Both the position numbers and the translations under genes were made by a program. This document shows positions 1-9,998 of a DNA stretch of 64,000 nucleotides, one piece after another (within the stretch, counting starts at the first letter, position 1; each line of letters opens with the position of its first letter). The notes under the pieces were generated by a model. It saw nothing but the letters and a program-made list of their open reading frames with translations, searched no databases and had not been told where the DNA came from. The DNA is from Candidatus Woesearchaeota archaeon (lineage in GTDB: Archaea; Nanobdellota; Nanobdellia; Woesearchaeales; WAPY01), in the NCBI GenBank assembly GCA_049700835.1, contig JBNAUL010000002.1, forward strand, positions 334,275 through 398,274. Direction: 5' to 3'.

Positions 1-409
1 CGAGGACTCAATAACAATCGCTGTTCTGACATATGCACTCTCAAAAATACTAGAGAGAGGAATTGAAAACCGTTACTGGTTTGAAAAGAAACTTGAGTTT
101 GCGAAAATCCAACTCATAAAGCAAAACATAGAGTTTTACAGGAAAATGATAAAGGAAATCTTCTCCCAGATAGCAAGAATTGACTCAAAACTCAAGATTT
201 ATGTTCAGGAGGTTATTGAAAAGGCAAAGATAAAGAAAGGAGCAAAGCTCTACTATCACGGAATATCAATGGCAAGGACAGCTTCTGTGCTTGGAATAAC
301 CCAGTGGGAACTCATGAACTACATAGGAAAGCTTGAAGAGCCGAGAACAGCTACTGCAAACATAAAGGGAAGAATATCATTTGCAAGGAAACTGTTCAAG
401 CAAAAATAG
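1..409 (+). CDS. 5'-truncated conserved hypothetical protein with C-terminal UPF0175-like HTH (candidate antitoxin)
   Basis: Frame is open from position 2 (EDSITIAVLTYALSKILE...) into the 146..409 ORF; C-terminal KLYYHGISMARTASVLGITQWELMNYIG resembles the UPF0175/COG2886 HTH; lies directly upstream of a PIN gene. Confidence 0.6.
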   Translation, partial: EDSITIAVLTYALSKILERGIENRYWFEKKLEFAKIQLIKQNIEFYRKMIKEIFSQIARIDSKLKIYVQEVIEKAKIKKGAKLYYHGISMARTASVLGITQWELMNYIGKLEEPRTATANIKGRISFARKLFKQK

Positions 410-512
410 CAAGCGGAATTAAAGCATTATTAAAACATTAAGAGGTTTAAAGCGAGGTTAATATTATTAAGAGCATAGAGCATTGAACAAAATCCAATGA
501 TTAAAATTTTCA

Positions 513-1232
513 ATGATTAAAATGTCAAGAACAATAATATTTGATTCAGGTCCTATAATAAGCTTAACTCTAAATAACCTGCTTTGGGTCTTGGAAGAAC
601 TGAAAAAGGAATACAATGGAACATTTATAATACCTGAAAGCGTTAAAATAGAATTGATAGACAAGCCGTTTATGACTAAAAAATACAAGTTTGAAGCATT
701 GCAGGTGATGAAGGAAATCTACAATGGAACCCTTAACATTGTAAAGAGTAGCATAATAAAAAACAGGACACAAGAAATTCTAAACATTGCAAACACTACA
801 TTCAAAGCCCACAACTCTTTTGTTCAAATAGTGCAGGAAGGGGAGATAGAAGCAATCTCTGCATACAAGCATTTAAACGCAGAAGCGATTGTTATTGACG
901 AGAGAACAACGAGAATGCTCATAGAGGAACCGCATGCTTTGAAAAAACTTATGGAATCAAGGCTTCACACAAACATAGAAGTAAACAAGGAAAATTTCAT
1001 CAAACTAAAGAACATTTTTTCAGGCATAAATGTCATAAGGTCGACAGAGATAGCAACAATTGCTTATGAAAAGAAAATTCTAAATACGCTAATAGTTCCT
1101 AACGAAGAAAAGGTTTACAAGAACTTGAAGATTGAACTTTTAGAGTCAATACTTTGGGGTTTGAAACTTAGCGGATGCTCTATAAGCGAGCATGAGATAA
1201 ACGGCATTCTCAGAATGGAGTCAAGAATTTAA
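513..1232 (+). CDS. PIN-domain protein (DUF3368/COG2405-like)
   Basis: IIFDSGPII, IPESVKIEL, GEIEAI and IVIDERTTR supply the acidic PIN active-site residues. Confidence 0.7.
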   Translation: MIKMSRTIIFDSGPIISLTLNNLLWVLEELKKEYNGTFIIPESVKIELIDKPFMTKKYKFEALQVMKEIYNGTLNIVKSSIIKNRTQEILNIANTTFKAHNSFVQIVQEGEIEAISAYKHLNAEAIVIDERTTRMLIEEPHALKKLMESRLHTNIEVNKENFIKLKNIFSGINVIRSTEIATIAYEKKILNTLIVPNEEKVYKNLKIELLESILWGLKLSGCSISEHEINGILRMESRI

Positions 1233-1259
1233 GTTTTTGAATTTGAGTTTTTACAACCA

Positions 1260-2222
1260 TTAAAGTTTCCTTATTTTTGCAACAAAGAATCCATCTGTGT
1301 TGTTGTCCTGAGGCCATATTCTCAGGCAATCTTGTATCCTGTCATCAAAGTACTCTCCTTCAAAGTTTAAGATAGGATTTGAACTCTTGGCTTCCAATCT
1401 AATCTTTTCAATCTCCGCGTTTTCATGCCTTTTCAGGAGATGGTTTATTACTGCTTCGTCTTCTTCTGGTTCCATGGTGCAAGTAGAATAAACCAAAACC
1501 CCTTCTTTATCAAGAATTTCAAATGAGTGTTCAATGAGTTTTTTTTGAAGGTTTGACAATCTCTTTATCATGTTAACATTGTAAATCTCAACTGTTGATG
1601 GTGATTTTCTTATTGTCCCTGTTCCAGAACAAGGAGCGTCCAATAAAATTTTTGAAAAGTTCTCTCTTATTGAAAGCCCGTCCTGATTTGTTATTACAAC
1701 ATTAAGAGCTCCTACTCTCTGAACATTTATTCCAAGAGCCTTTATTCTTGAGTAATCAGGATCGTTTGCAACGATCACTCCTCTGTTGCGCATGAGTTCT
1801 GCCAGCAGAGTTGTTTTTGAGCCAGGAGCAGCAGCAACATCCAAAACCTTATCCTCTTCTGAAGGATTTAACACTAAAGGAGGAATCATTGAAGCCGCTT
1901 CCTGAACATAGATGTAACCCAAGAGGTGCTCTAGAGTATTTCCAATGTCTCTTCTTTCTCCTACATAAAAATAACCGCGCTCATACCATGGAATCCTCTC
2001 GAGCTTAAAATTCCTTTTCATTCTGTTCAAAATCTCGTTTGTTCTGTTCTCTGGAACTTTCAGAGAGTTAATCCTGAAAGATTCCCTTTGGAATGAAAAT
2101 GAAAACTTCAAGAATGCTTCGTAGTCCTCCCCGAGCAAATTCCTATACCTCTTCTCAAAATCTGGCTTTATCTTTTGCCTAAGTTCAGAAGCCCAAGGCA
2201 TTTCCTTGATTTCTTCTTGCAT
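1260..2222 (-). CDS. NOL1/NOP2/Sun (RsmB/RsmF family) RNA m5C methyltransferase
   Basis: YVQEAASM, VLDVAAAPGSKT, ILLDAPCSGTG, LVYSTCT, DGFFVAK motifs. Confidence 0.95.
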   Translation of the reverse strand: MQEEIKEMPWASELRQKIKPDFEKRYRNLLGEDYEAFLKFSFSFQRESFRINSLKVPENRTNEILNRMKRNFKLERIPWYERGYFYVGERRDIGNTLEHLLGYIYVQEAASMIPPLVLNPSEEDKVLDVAAAPGSKTTLLAELMRNRGVIVANDPDYSRIKALGINVQRVGALNVVITNQDGLSIRENFSKILLDAPCSGTGTIRKSPSTVEIYNVNMIKRLSNLQKKLIEHSFEILDKEGVLVYSTCTMEPEEDEAVINHLLKRHENAEIEKIRLEAKSSNPILNFEGEYFDDRIQDCLRIWPQDNNTDGFFVAKIRKL

Positions 2223-2336
2223 AAATTTTTGTATTTGTTAATCAGTATAAAAAATTTTTGAAACAAAGATATTTTAATCATTATAAAATAATAACAAACA
2301 GAAAGATTTATAATTTCTGCCAGAAACCACAACTTT

Positions 2337-3389
2337 ATGGTTGTCTATAGGGAGGGGCTTACAAGGATAATTGAAGAGGAATTGTTTGAAAATCCTGAAA
2401 CAGCAGAGAACTACAAGGAAAGGATAATGGAGTTCAGGAAAAGGGGCTATAGAGCAGTTTACGATGTTGCGATTTTTTTAAAGGAGATTGTTGAGAAAAA
2501 ATACGATAAGTCAAAGGTTTCCCCCACCATAAATTCAAACATAATTTCAAAAATAATTTTCAACGATAGCAGAGAGCACCACACAAAGAACATCTTAAAG
2601 ATTATTGAGAGAGAATACGGAAGCATGCTTGATTTTCTTGAAAAGGAAAACTTCCTTGAATACAACTTTGATTTTTACGATAACTTGAAAAGACAAGGGC
2701 TGAAATATTCGATAAGTGATGTCAGAAGGCAGATAATAGTTCCTGAAAAACTTAAAAATATTGATTATTTTCTGTTAGGGGCTGTTGCTGGAGATGGAAG
2801 GCTTGACAAGATTGGAGAAGAAATTTGCCTTGTAATCCTGCAAGGCGAGAAATCTGACTACGACTTTTACGCTAAAGTTCTGAGAAAAATCATTTCAGAA
2901 AGATTTAACATAAGCGCTGAATTGATGAATTTTGAAAAGCACGGAGTAAGAATCGATTTATCTTCAAGAATAATCTACAGTTGGGTTGAAAAGTTCTTGA
3001 ACTTTCCAAAGAATAAAAAGAACCTTGAATTCAAAATAAATGCTGACGAAGATTGCAAAATTGCTTTTTTGTCAGGATTGATTGAAACAACAGCAAAGAT
3101 TGAGAGGACAGGGCTTGTTTTGGAGCACAGGCACAAGAAACTGATACTCTCAACAGGAAATCTTCTAAGTTCCATGAAAATAGATTATTGCTATGGAGAA
3201 AGAATTTTAGATACTCACAAGCCCTACAACATAATAATTCCAAAAAACCAAGTTTTAAGCATTTCAAAGAAAATAATGAAACAAGAATTCTTCAAAAAAT
3301 ACAATTATTCTGAGCGCTATGCTGAGAACTCTTTATGTTTTCTAAATGAAAAGTTCCTTGGCAAGCTGAAAGAATACAAATTCAGATGA
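2337..3389 (+). CDS. Free-standing protein with two LAGLIDADG-like motifs, second degenerate
   Basis: YFLLGAVAGDGRL and IAFLSGLIETTAKI about 100 aa apart; no intein or intron context. Confidence 0.65.
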   Translation: MVVYREGLTRIIEEELFENPETAENYKERIMEFRKRGYRAVYDVAIFLKEIVEKKYDKSKVSPTINSNIISKIIFNDSREHHTKNILKIIEREYGSMLDFLEKENFLEYNFDFYDNLKRQGLKYSISDVRRQIIVPEKLKNIDYFLLGAVAGDGRLDKIGEEICLVILQGEKSDYDFYAKVLRKIISERFNISAELMNFEKHGVRIDLSSRIIYSWVEKFLNFPKNKKNLEFKINADEDCKIAFLSGLIETTAKIERTGLVLEHRHKKLILSTGNLLSSMKIDYCYGERILDTHKPYNIIIPKNQVLSISKKIMKQEFFKKYNYSERYAENSLCFLNEKFLGKLKEYKFR

Positions 3390-3441
3390 GAAACAAAGAT
3401 GAAAAATGAAAATTGCAAAAATTAAGATCAACCAAAAATTT

Positions 3442-5316
3442 TTACACTAACCTCTTCATCATGTAATAATGGAATTTCTTATAACCAAGCTTCCTGTAAT
3501 AATCCCTGACCCCAATTCCTGAAATTACCAAAATTTTCTTGATTGAAAATTCTTCCTCTGCAATCCTTTCTGCTTCCCTTACAAGTTCCCTTCCGAAACC
3601 CCTATGCTGAAGCTGATTTTCCAAAGATGACTTTTGTCCTATTGGAACTGCTGTTCCATAGACATGAACCTCCCTTATTCCTGCTGTTTTTGCGTCAATA
3701 AATTTCAGGAAAGGTTTGTAAGGAATTCTTAACCTTAAAAAGCCAATCAACAAATCATTCTTAACATCCTCAAAACTCAAAAACACTTCTGTAGAGTTGC
3801 TTGCTTCGTAGTCAAACCTTTTGAGTTTTATGCTGTCAAAATCTATCTTCTTTGCTCTCGGCTCTCTACACCTGATGCACCTGCACTTTTTGTTCATTGC
3901 TCTCATCTTAGAATCAACATACTGCCTGAAATTCGTTATTGAAACTCCTGCATCGGTAAACTTTGTTGGAATATCCCTTTGAATTCTCATAATCCTGCAA
4001 TACTCTGGAATAAATTCCTTGATTTTGATGACCAAATCGCAGGCCTCTTCTGTTGACAACGGCTTGAAGTAACCTTTCTTCCAAGAATCATAGAGTTCTG
4101 TTCCTTTCAAAACCATGGTCGGATAAATCTTCAAAGCATCAGGTTTGAACCTTTGATCCTCAAAAAGCGTTTTGAACATCTCAACATCCGTCTCCTTACT
4201 TGAACCAGGAAGTCCAAGCATCATGTGGTAGCCAACCTTTAAGAAGGAATCCTTCAATATTTGGGTTGCTCTTTCAACATCCTCTACAGAATGGCCTCTT
4301 TTTATCTTTTTCAGAACAGAATCGTACAGTGTTTGAACCCCAAGCTCAACCCTTGTGGTTCCTAATCTAAGCATCTGCTTAACATTCAATTCAAGAGAAT
4401 AATCCGGCCTTGTTTCTATGCAAAATGCAACGCACTTTATCCTTGAACTCTCATTCCTCTTCTTCTCGTTCTCCAAACTTTTCTTGCTCTTGTTTTTCAG
4501 TTCAAGAACCTTGTTCTTTATCCTTTCCGTTCTTTCAGGATTTTTGACATCTGCTGGCAATTCAAAAAATTCTTTGAACCTTTCAAAATCAAAACCCGTG
4601 CTACCATAGAATAGTTTTGAGAAATCATTCATTGCCTTAAAAGCGTTTCTGACAAAATCTTCCTGATACTCCAAGAAAAAACTTGGAAATGTTCCTCCCA
4701 TGATTATAAGCTCAACCTTTTCAGGATTATGTCCTGTAATAATGTATTGCTCCAACCTGTTAAAAACCTGAATATAAGCATCGTAATCAGCCCTCGAAGC
4801 CCTTAGAGCAGCAGGTTCTCTTCCTGTGTAACTCTGAGGAACATCTCCAAAGAAAGAATTTAAGCCGCCAGGGCAATAAACGCACTTTCCGTGAGGGCAG
4901 TTGATTGGTTTTGTCATGATTGCTATAGGAGTAACCCCTGAGATGCTCCTGAAAGGTTTTGTTGTTAAAACTTTTTTTAGAGCATTGAGTTCTTCAGAAT
5001 TAGCATAACATAGTATTCTGATGTTTGTAAGCATGCTCTTCAATTTGAATGATTTTGAAACCTCCTTCTTCAAACTGTCTATGTTCTCTCTCTTTTCAAT
5101 TCCTTTTTCAATAAGCTCCTTTATTATGAACCTTGCAGCGCTTCTCTCTTTGTTATTTCCACCCCTATCTTTATTATTTTCAACCTCTTCTGATTTTTTT
5201 ATTTCTGTATCTTTGCTTTTCTTTGTTTCAGAAATTTTTTTTGATCTCTTGGCAATTTTGTCTGCCTCTTGCATTGGATCCATAAAAACTCCTCTTAATT
5301 TTTCTGCTTTTGCCAT
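3442..5316 (-). CDS. elp3: tRNA uridine(34) acetyltransferase Elp3 (radical SAM + GNAT)
   Basis: CPHGKCVYCPGG, QSYTGREPA, ETRPD, RVELGVQT, RIQRDIP, CRCIRCRE, QHRGFG, ISGIGVRDYYRKLGY; K-rich N-terminal extension, true start uncertain. Confidence 0.95.
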   Translation of the reverse strand: MAKAEKLRGVFMDPMQEADKIAKRSKKISETKKSKDTEIKKSEEVENNKDRGGNNKERSAARFIIKELIEKGIEKRENIDSLKKEVSKSFKLKSMLTNIRILCYANSEELNALKKVLTTKPFRSISGVTPIAIMTKPINCPHGKCVYCPGGLNSFFGDVPQSYTGREPAALRASRADYDAYIQVFNRLEQYIITGHNPEKVELIIMGGTFPSFFLEYQEDFVRNAFKAMNDFSKLFYGSTGFDFERFKEFFELPADVKNPERTERIKNKVLELKNKSKKSLENEKKRNESSRIKCVAFCIETRPDYSLELNVKQMLRLGTTRVELGVQTLYDSVLKKIKRGHSVEDVERATQILKDSFLKVGYHMMLGLPGSSKETDVEMFKTLFEDQRFKPDALKIYPTMVLKGTELYDSWKKGYFKPLSTEEACDLVIKIKEFIPEYCRIMRIQRDIPTKFTDAGVSITNFRQYVDSKMRAMNKKCRCIRCREPRAKKIDFDSIKLKRFDYEASNSTEVFLSFEDVKNDLLIGFLRLRIPYKPFLKFIDAKTAGIREVHVYGTAVPIGQKSSLENQLQHRGFGRELVREAERIAEEEFSIKKILVISGIGVRDYYRKLGYKKFHYYMMKRLV

Positions 5317-5488
5317 TGTTTCTTATTTTTGCGTTTCTTATTTCTGTATTTCTTTTTGTATGTTTTAATTATCTGTTCTGATCGTGCGCTGATCATGCGC
5401 TTATGGTTTTAATTTTTGATTTGATAGAAAACACAGCATTGAATATAAAACTTTTGAAAAAAAACAAAAAAGAGAAAAAGTTCTGCTC

Positions 5489-6514
5489 TTAAACAATAAC
5501 CTTCTTACCAGGAATTCTTGGAAACAGTTGCACTTCCTCAATGCGTCTTTTGCCTGTTAAGAATCTTATCAGTCTCTCAAAACCAAAACCTGCTCCTGCG
5601 CTTGGAACAAGGAGGCCTTTTCTTGAAAGTTCAAGATAATGCTTAAATTGTTCCAAGAGCTCTCTTCTCCCTGAAAGTTTTTTCAGCAATTTCTTGTACT
5701 CATACTCTCTTTCTCCGCCACTCAATCCCTCTCCAAATCCCTCTGGGTAAATTAAATCGTAGTTCAGGTAGTGCCCTTCTGCTTTCTGGTCTTCTTTGTC
5801 GTAAAACTCTCTCCTGTGGCAGGTAACCCAAAATGGCTCTTTGGATTCATTAGAAGATATTTCTTCCCAATCCCTTCCAAATTTCTCCTCTAATTCGTGC
5901 GTAGTAAAAACCTTAAAAGGGGTTTTAGGAATTCTTAGTTCCCTGCCAAGAGTTTTGAGCTCTTCTTTGCATTCTTTCTTAACCCTTTTAATCACTCTCA
6001 CCAAAAATTCTTCAATCAATCTGAAAACATCCTGCATCTTTCCATCTGCAATCTCAAAATCAACTTGAGAGAATTCAAAACAATGCCTTCCTGTTAATGC
6101 CTTTTTTTCATCTTCTATCCTGATGTTTGGAGAGATTATGAAAATCCTTTTTGCCCCTGAGATTAAGGATATTTGCTTGTGCAGTATCATGCTCTGCATT
6201 AATTTAAACTTTTGCCCATAGCACTCAACTTCGATTACATTTTTTACCGAAGCATTTGGATCAGGAGCCAACGGATCTGTTATCGGAGACAATATCAAAG
6301 GCATCAACTGCACAAATCCCTTTTCCGTAAAAAAATTTGTTATTTCTTTCAAAACAATTGTTTGCATTTTTAGAATTTGCTTTGAGTATTTCAAGTGATT
6401 CAAAACCATGTTAATCTCAGATTCTGCTTCTGCTTCATATATCTCATGATTTTGCGTTTTGCTTTTTATTTTGCTCTTTAATTCAATTTTATCAATTGTT
6501 TTAAGTTCGCTCAT
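5489..6514 (-). CDS. asnA: Archaeal asparagine synthetase A (AsnRS/AspRS catalytic-core paralogue lacking the anticodon domain)
   Basis: LSPITDPL, SMILHKQ, SPNIRIE, RHCFEFSQVDFE, NYDLIYPEGFGEGLSGGERE, SAGAGFGFERL; start placed at ATG 6514 after GAGGT (ORF track starts at 6565). Confidence 0.85.
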   Translation of the reverse strand: MSELKTIDKIELKSKIKSKTQNHEIYEAEAESEINMVLNHLKYSKQILKMQTIVLKEITNFFTEKGFVQLMPLILSPITDPLAPDPNASVKNVIEVECYGQKFKLMQSMILHKQISLISGAKRIFIISPNIRIEDEKKALTGRHCFEFSQVDFEIADGKMQDVFRLIEEFLVRVIKRVKKECKEELKTLGRELRIPKTPFKVFTTHELEEKFGRDWEEISSNESKEPFWVTCHRREFYDKEDQKAEGHYLNYDLIYPEGFGEGLSGGEREYEYKKLLKKLSGRRELLEQFKHYLELSRKGLLVPSAGAGFGFERLIRFLTGKRRIEEVQLFPRIPGKKVIV

Positions 6515-6579
6515 GCTGAAAACCTCTGCAAGGCAAAGGTGTGTGTGCTTGTTTTTATTAAACATTTCTATTTAAAAAA

Positions 6580-6592
6580 TGAATATTATTCA
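6580..6592. promoter_or_regulatory. 13-bp palindrome TGAAT-ATT-ATTCA, candidate Lrp/AsnC operator between asnA and the regulator
   Basis: Perfect 5+3+5 inverted repeat beside the minus-strand TATA-like TTTTTAAATA (6569-6578). Confidence 0.55.
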
Positions 6593-6645
6593 ATTTTAAT
6601 CGTTTTACAGAAAGATTTTTAAAACAATGTTCATTATTTTATTTC

Positions 6646-7125
6646 ATGATAAAAACAAAAAACGATAAAATAAAACTGGATTCCAAATTTAGGGAAATTA
6701 TAATTCTCTTGCAGCAGAACTGCAGGTTAAGCATAAGAGAGATTGCCAAAAAACTCTTCATGAAGCCGACTTCTGTCTACAACAGAATAAAAAAATTGGA
6801 AGAAAACGGTTTTATAAAGGGGTACTCTGCAATAATATCAAGAGATAAAATGGGCTACAGCGTTCTTGGCATTGTGCTCATCTCTTACAAGAAAGGAGAA
6901 CTCTCACAAAAAGTTTTAGCAGAAAAGCTATCAAAATTCCCTCAAGTGCAGGATGTTTTCATTGTTTCAGGTGAGTGGGATATTATCTTAAAGGTAATAG
7001 AAAAGGATGTTAATAGTTTAGGAGAATTTATAACTGAAAAACTAAGAAAAATACCTGAGATTGACAAAACTGAGACAATGATTGTCCTGAATGAAATAAA
7101 GAGTTCTTTGACTGTTCCTGCATAA
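6646..7125 (+). CDS. Lrp/AsnC family transcriptional regulator
   Basis: LQQNCRLSIREIAKKL...VYNRIKKLEENGFIKGY HTH and VSGEWDIILKV RAM domain. Confidence 0.93.
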   Translation: MIKTKNDKIKLDSKFREIIILLQQNCRLSIREIAKKLFMKPTSVYNRIKKLEENGFIKGYSAIISRDKMGYSVLGIVLISYKKGELSQKVLAEKLSKFPQVQDVFIVSGEWDIILKVIEKDVNSLGEFITEKLRKIPEIDKTETMIVLNEIKSSLTVPA

Positions 7126-7178
7126 TAATCAATTATCAATGAAATAGAGCAGTTATTAAAATACTCTAAGCTGCCTCT

Positions 7179-7436
7179 TTAACTATAATTGAAAAGAGAA
7201 ATATCATAGTGGAGCAGTTCGTTGAAATAAGGATTGCTGTTTGAATAATTATTTAAACAAATATAACTATCACAGCAATTAAGCCCTGATTTATTCAAGT
7301 AATCACTTAAAAGTTTCTTTTCTATGTTAATTATGTTAAAATCATTGCTGTTTCCTTTTAATACTTTTTCATCAATACTTATATTTTTATCCTCATTAAA
7401 AAAGTCCTCTATGTTTATCATTTTTGAATTATTCAT
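7179..7436 (-). CDS. Small hypothetical protein
   Basis: ATG 7436 preceded by AGGTGG Shine-Dalgarno-like motif; no recognisable domain. Confidence 0.4.
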   Translation of the reverse strand: MNNSKMINIEDFFNEDKNISIDEKVLKGNSNDFNIINIEKKLLSDYLNKSGLNCCDSYICLNNYSNSNPYFNELLHYDISLFNYS

Positions 7437-8155
7437 AACAACCACCTGACTTATCTTAACTTAGCCTAAATCATTATTCTAATTTTTAGTTCTGATTAAT
7501 AAGTGATAAATGATTTTTAAATGTTTCTAAAAAATATTTAATAGTATTAAAAAAATAATTTTAATAGTTCTGCTTAAAAAGATTTTCTCTGCGCTCATTC
7601 ATAAAAAGAATTTTTTATCTAAGCTCTTATGCTCAATTTATGCTGAATTTATGATTGATTTATGCAAAATTTCATTATGTTTTTTGCTTTTTATCCTTTT
7701 TTCTTTTGTTTTTAATCCTCAAATCTATGCTTAAAATCAAATCCAAACCATAGTCCTTGCTTGAAAAGCGTTTTGTTATTGATTTTTTTATCATGCCTTT
7801 ATCAACATTCCTGTAATTGCTATTTTCTTTAATGCTGTTTTTTCCTGCAAAACTGCAAGAATATTTGCGCATCAAATCGCAAACAAAATAATCCAAGTCG
7901 TTAACAATCAAAAGTAACAAATTCTTTTTAATTGTTTTGCTATGCATGTCTTTAAAAAGATCTTTTGTCTTTTTAAGATTTCAATTTTGCAAAAAGTTGT
8001 TTTTCCGAATTTTTGAAAATATTTTCAAAGAACAAAATATTGCAGAGGAAGATTTGTGGCAAATCAAAAATCCTTTAATTAAATTTATTTGATTATTCTT
8101 TGATTAGAAAAAAATATTTTTCATTCATCTTTTAATTCACACGTTTATTAATTTT

Positions 8156-8914
8156 TCATAGTTTATTTTTATTTTTAACTTTTTGTAACCTTTTTTTCTT
8201 GTTTTTTGCTTCTTTATAATAATTGCAGCGCTCTCTTATTATGCAGATGCTGCATTTTGGATTTACAGGCCTGCATATTTCCTTGCCAAAAGGAACCAAA
8301 ACCTCATTTATCATGCTCCAGTATTCTTTTGCAAAGATTTTTTCAAGAGCCATTTCTGTTTCTAAAGGGGTTTTTGTTTTAACAAAACCAATCCTGTTTG
8401 AAATCCTGTGAACATGTGTGTCAACGCAAATTGATGGTTTTTTGTGAACAACAGACAAGTAAAGATTTGCTGTTTTCCTTCCAACTCCTGGAAGCATTAG
8501 CAGATTCTCAAGGTCCTTAGGAATTTTTCCATCAAATTCCTCATTTATTTTTCTGAAAAGTTTTTTTATGTTCTCTGCTTTCTTCTTGTAAAAACCAACA
8601 GGATAAATCAATCTTGAGATTTTCTGTGCTGAAAACTTTTGCAATTGTTCAACGCTGTAATTTTTAAAAATCCTCTCTGAAACCTTCTCTGTGAGTTCGT
8701 CCTTTGTCCTTGCGCTCAGAATTATTGAAATCAAAATCCTGAACTTTTCATCTTCAGAATTCAGAATCCTGTTTTTTCTTAAAGCATTTTCTCCTGCCCT
8801 GTCGATGTAAGCCCTGTTTCTTATTTGGGATTTTATTATTCTCAAAATCTTTTCTGCTCTTGTTTTTCTGTTCATGCCTTGTTTTCCTTTTTCATGCTTA
8901 AAATGATTTTTCAT
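8156..8914 (-). CDS. nth: Endonuclease III (HhH-GPD glycosylase with 4Fe-4S)
   Basis: LISIILSARTKD, LPGVGRKTAN, VDTHVHRISNRIG, CRPVNPKCSICIIRERC; start may be ATG 8875. Confidence 0.93.
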   Translation of the reverse strand: MKNHFKHEKGKQGMNRKTRAEKILRIIKSQIRNRAYIDRAGENALRKNRILNSEDEKFRILISIILSARTKDELTEKVSERIFKNYSVEQLQKFSAQKISRLIYPVGFYKKKAENIKKLFRKINEEFDGKIPKDLENLLMLPGVGRKTANLYLSVVHKKPSICVDTHVHRISNRIGFVKTKTPLETEMALEKIFAKEYWSMINEVLVPFGKEICRPVNPKCSICIIRERCNYYKEAKNKKKRLQKVKNKNKL

Positions 8915-8976
8915 TAAAGATTTTTATTTAAAATTTTCATTGAATTTTTTTAGGTGTCTCTGCTCATGTAAGCTGC

Positions 8977-9564
8977 TCATATCAAATTTATAAGGTATAT
9001 AAGCGCGACAGCAAGTATGGCAACAAGTATCACCTTTAAACCATTTATCAGGATGTTTTTCCTTGATATTCTTCCAAGATAACAACCAATCATAAACAAC
9101 AGCATTATTGCTATTGCCAAGGAAACATAGAATGCGTTTTTAACGCTGAAAAATGATTTCATAAAGAATGGAATTAGGATTATGAGAGAATTGAGCAGCG
9201 GGGAAAGGCCGTTGCTAAGCGCAGTTATGAGAGGAACTTCTTTTTTAGCTCCTTTGAAAAGCTTTCCTTCTAATTTCTTCAGCATAGCTCTTTCAATCTC
9301 ATTTATTTCCTTGTAGCTTTCTGCTTCTTCAGTAGTATAAGCCCCAAAAAAACCCGATACAAACATTGCAAGAGCACTTGCTATGCCAACGCTAATGACC
9401 AATTCCCTTGTAATCTCTTTTGAAAGATACGCTCCAACAAGAATTCCAATCATTACCAATATGCTGTCAAAACTATTAAGTATCCAATATCTTATGATTA
9501 TGTCCTGCGCATTCAGTATTAAAAGTTCTTCCCTTAACTTCTTTATTAGATTTATCATTTTCAA
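8977..9564 (-). CDS. VIT1/CCC1 family membrane transporter
   Basis: RYWILNSFDSIL...SGFFGAYTTEEAE pattern, about 5 TM helices, adjacent to DUF211. Confidence 0.8.
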   Translation of the reverse strand: MKMINLIKKLREELLILNAQDIIIRYWILNSFDSILVMIGILVGAYLSKEITRELVISVGIASALAMFVSGFFGAYTTEEAESYKEINEIERAMLKKLEGKLFKGAKKEVPLITALSNGLSPLLNSLIILIPFFMKSFFSVKNAFYVSLAIAIMLLFMIGCYLGRISRKNILINGLKVILVAILAVALIYLINLI

Positions 9565-9583
9565 GCATTAAGAAGATAAATTT

Positions 9584-9850
9584 TCAATCAATTTCTGTTG
9601 TAACCTCGTCTATAGAATGGATTGCTGCTCCCAAGTTCTCAACTGCTTGTCTTATCTCATCTATGTTCAAATCAAAACCTTGCAAAGTTAGCTTGATGGT
9701 TTCTGTTTCCCTGTCTGTTTCTCTTACTATAACATTTACAATCTTTACTTCTTTTATTGAATTTATTACTGTTGCGAATTCGATCAGCGAAGGGTTGTGT
9801 GGCTTTAAGACATCAATAACCAATTTTCTGACCTTTGGCTTCTCCTCCAT
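9584..9850 (-). CDS. DUF211 family protein
   Basis: RKLVIDVLKPHNPS...GAAIHSIDEV signature. Confidence 0.88.
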   Translation of the reverse strand: MEEKPKVRKLVIDVLKPHNPSLIEFATVINSIKEVKIVNVIVRETDRETETIKLTLQGFDLNIDEIRQAVENLGAAIHSIDEVTTEID

Positions 9851-9998
9851 AAAAAAACACCTCTAAAAGATTTCTTACCTTATTTTGTTTAAATAGTTTT
9901 CTATTTTAGGTTATCTTGATTAAACATTTAATAACAGCGCTGTTTTAAACTATTTTAAACGCTAAAATTTATAAATAAAATGATATTTAAAATAAAGC

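Noticed and set aside
5489..6514. Truncated aspartyl/asparaginyl-tRNA synthetase pseudogene
   Set aside because: The ORF is intact, and lacking the anticodon-binding domain is the normal architecture of archaeal AsnA.
7675..7947. 90-aa ORF in an AT-rich spacer (likewise 22535..22810, 33650..33955, 36621..36806, 40793..40978)
   Set aside because: Low-complexity composition, no clear start signals or motifs; the last runs through an N gap.
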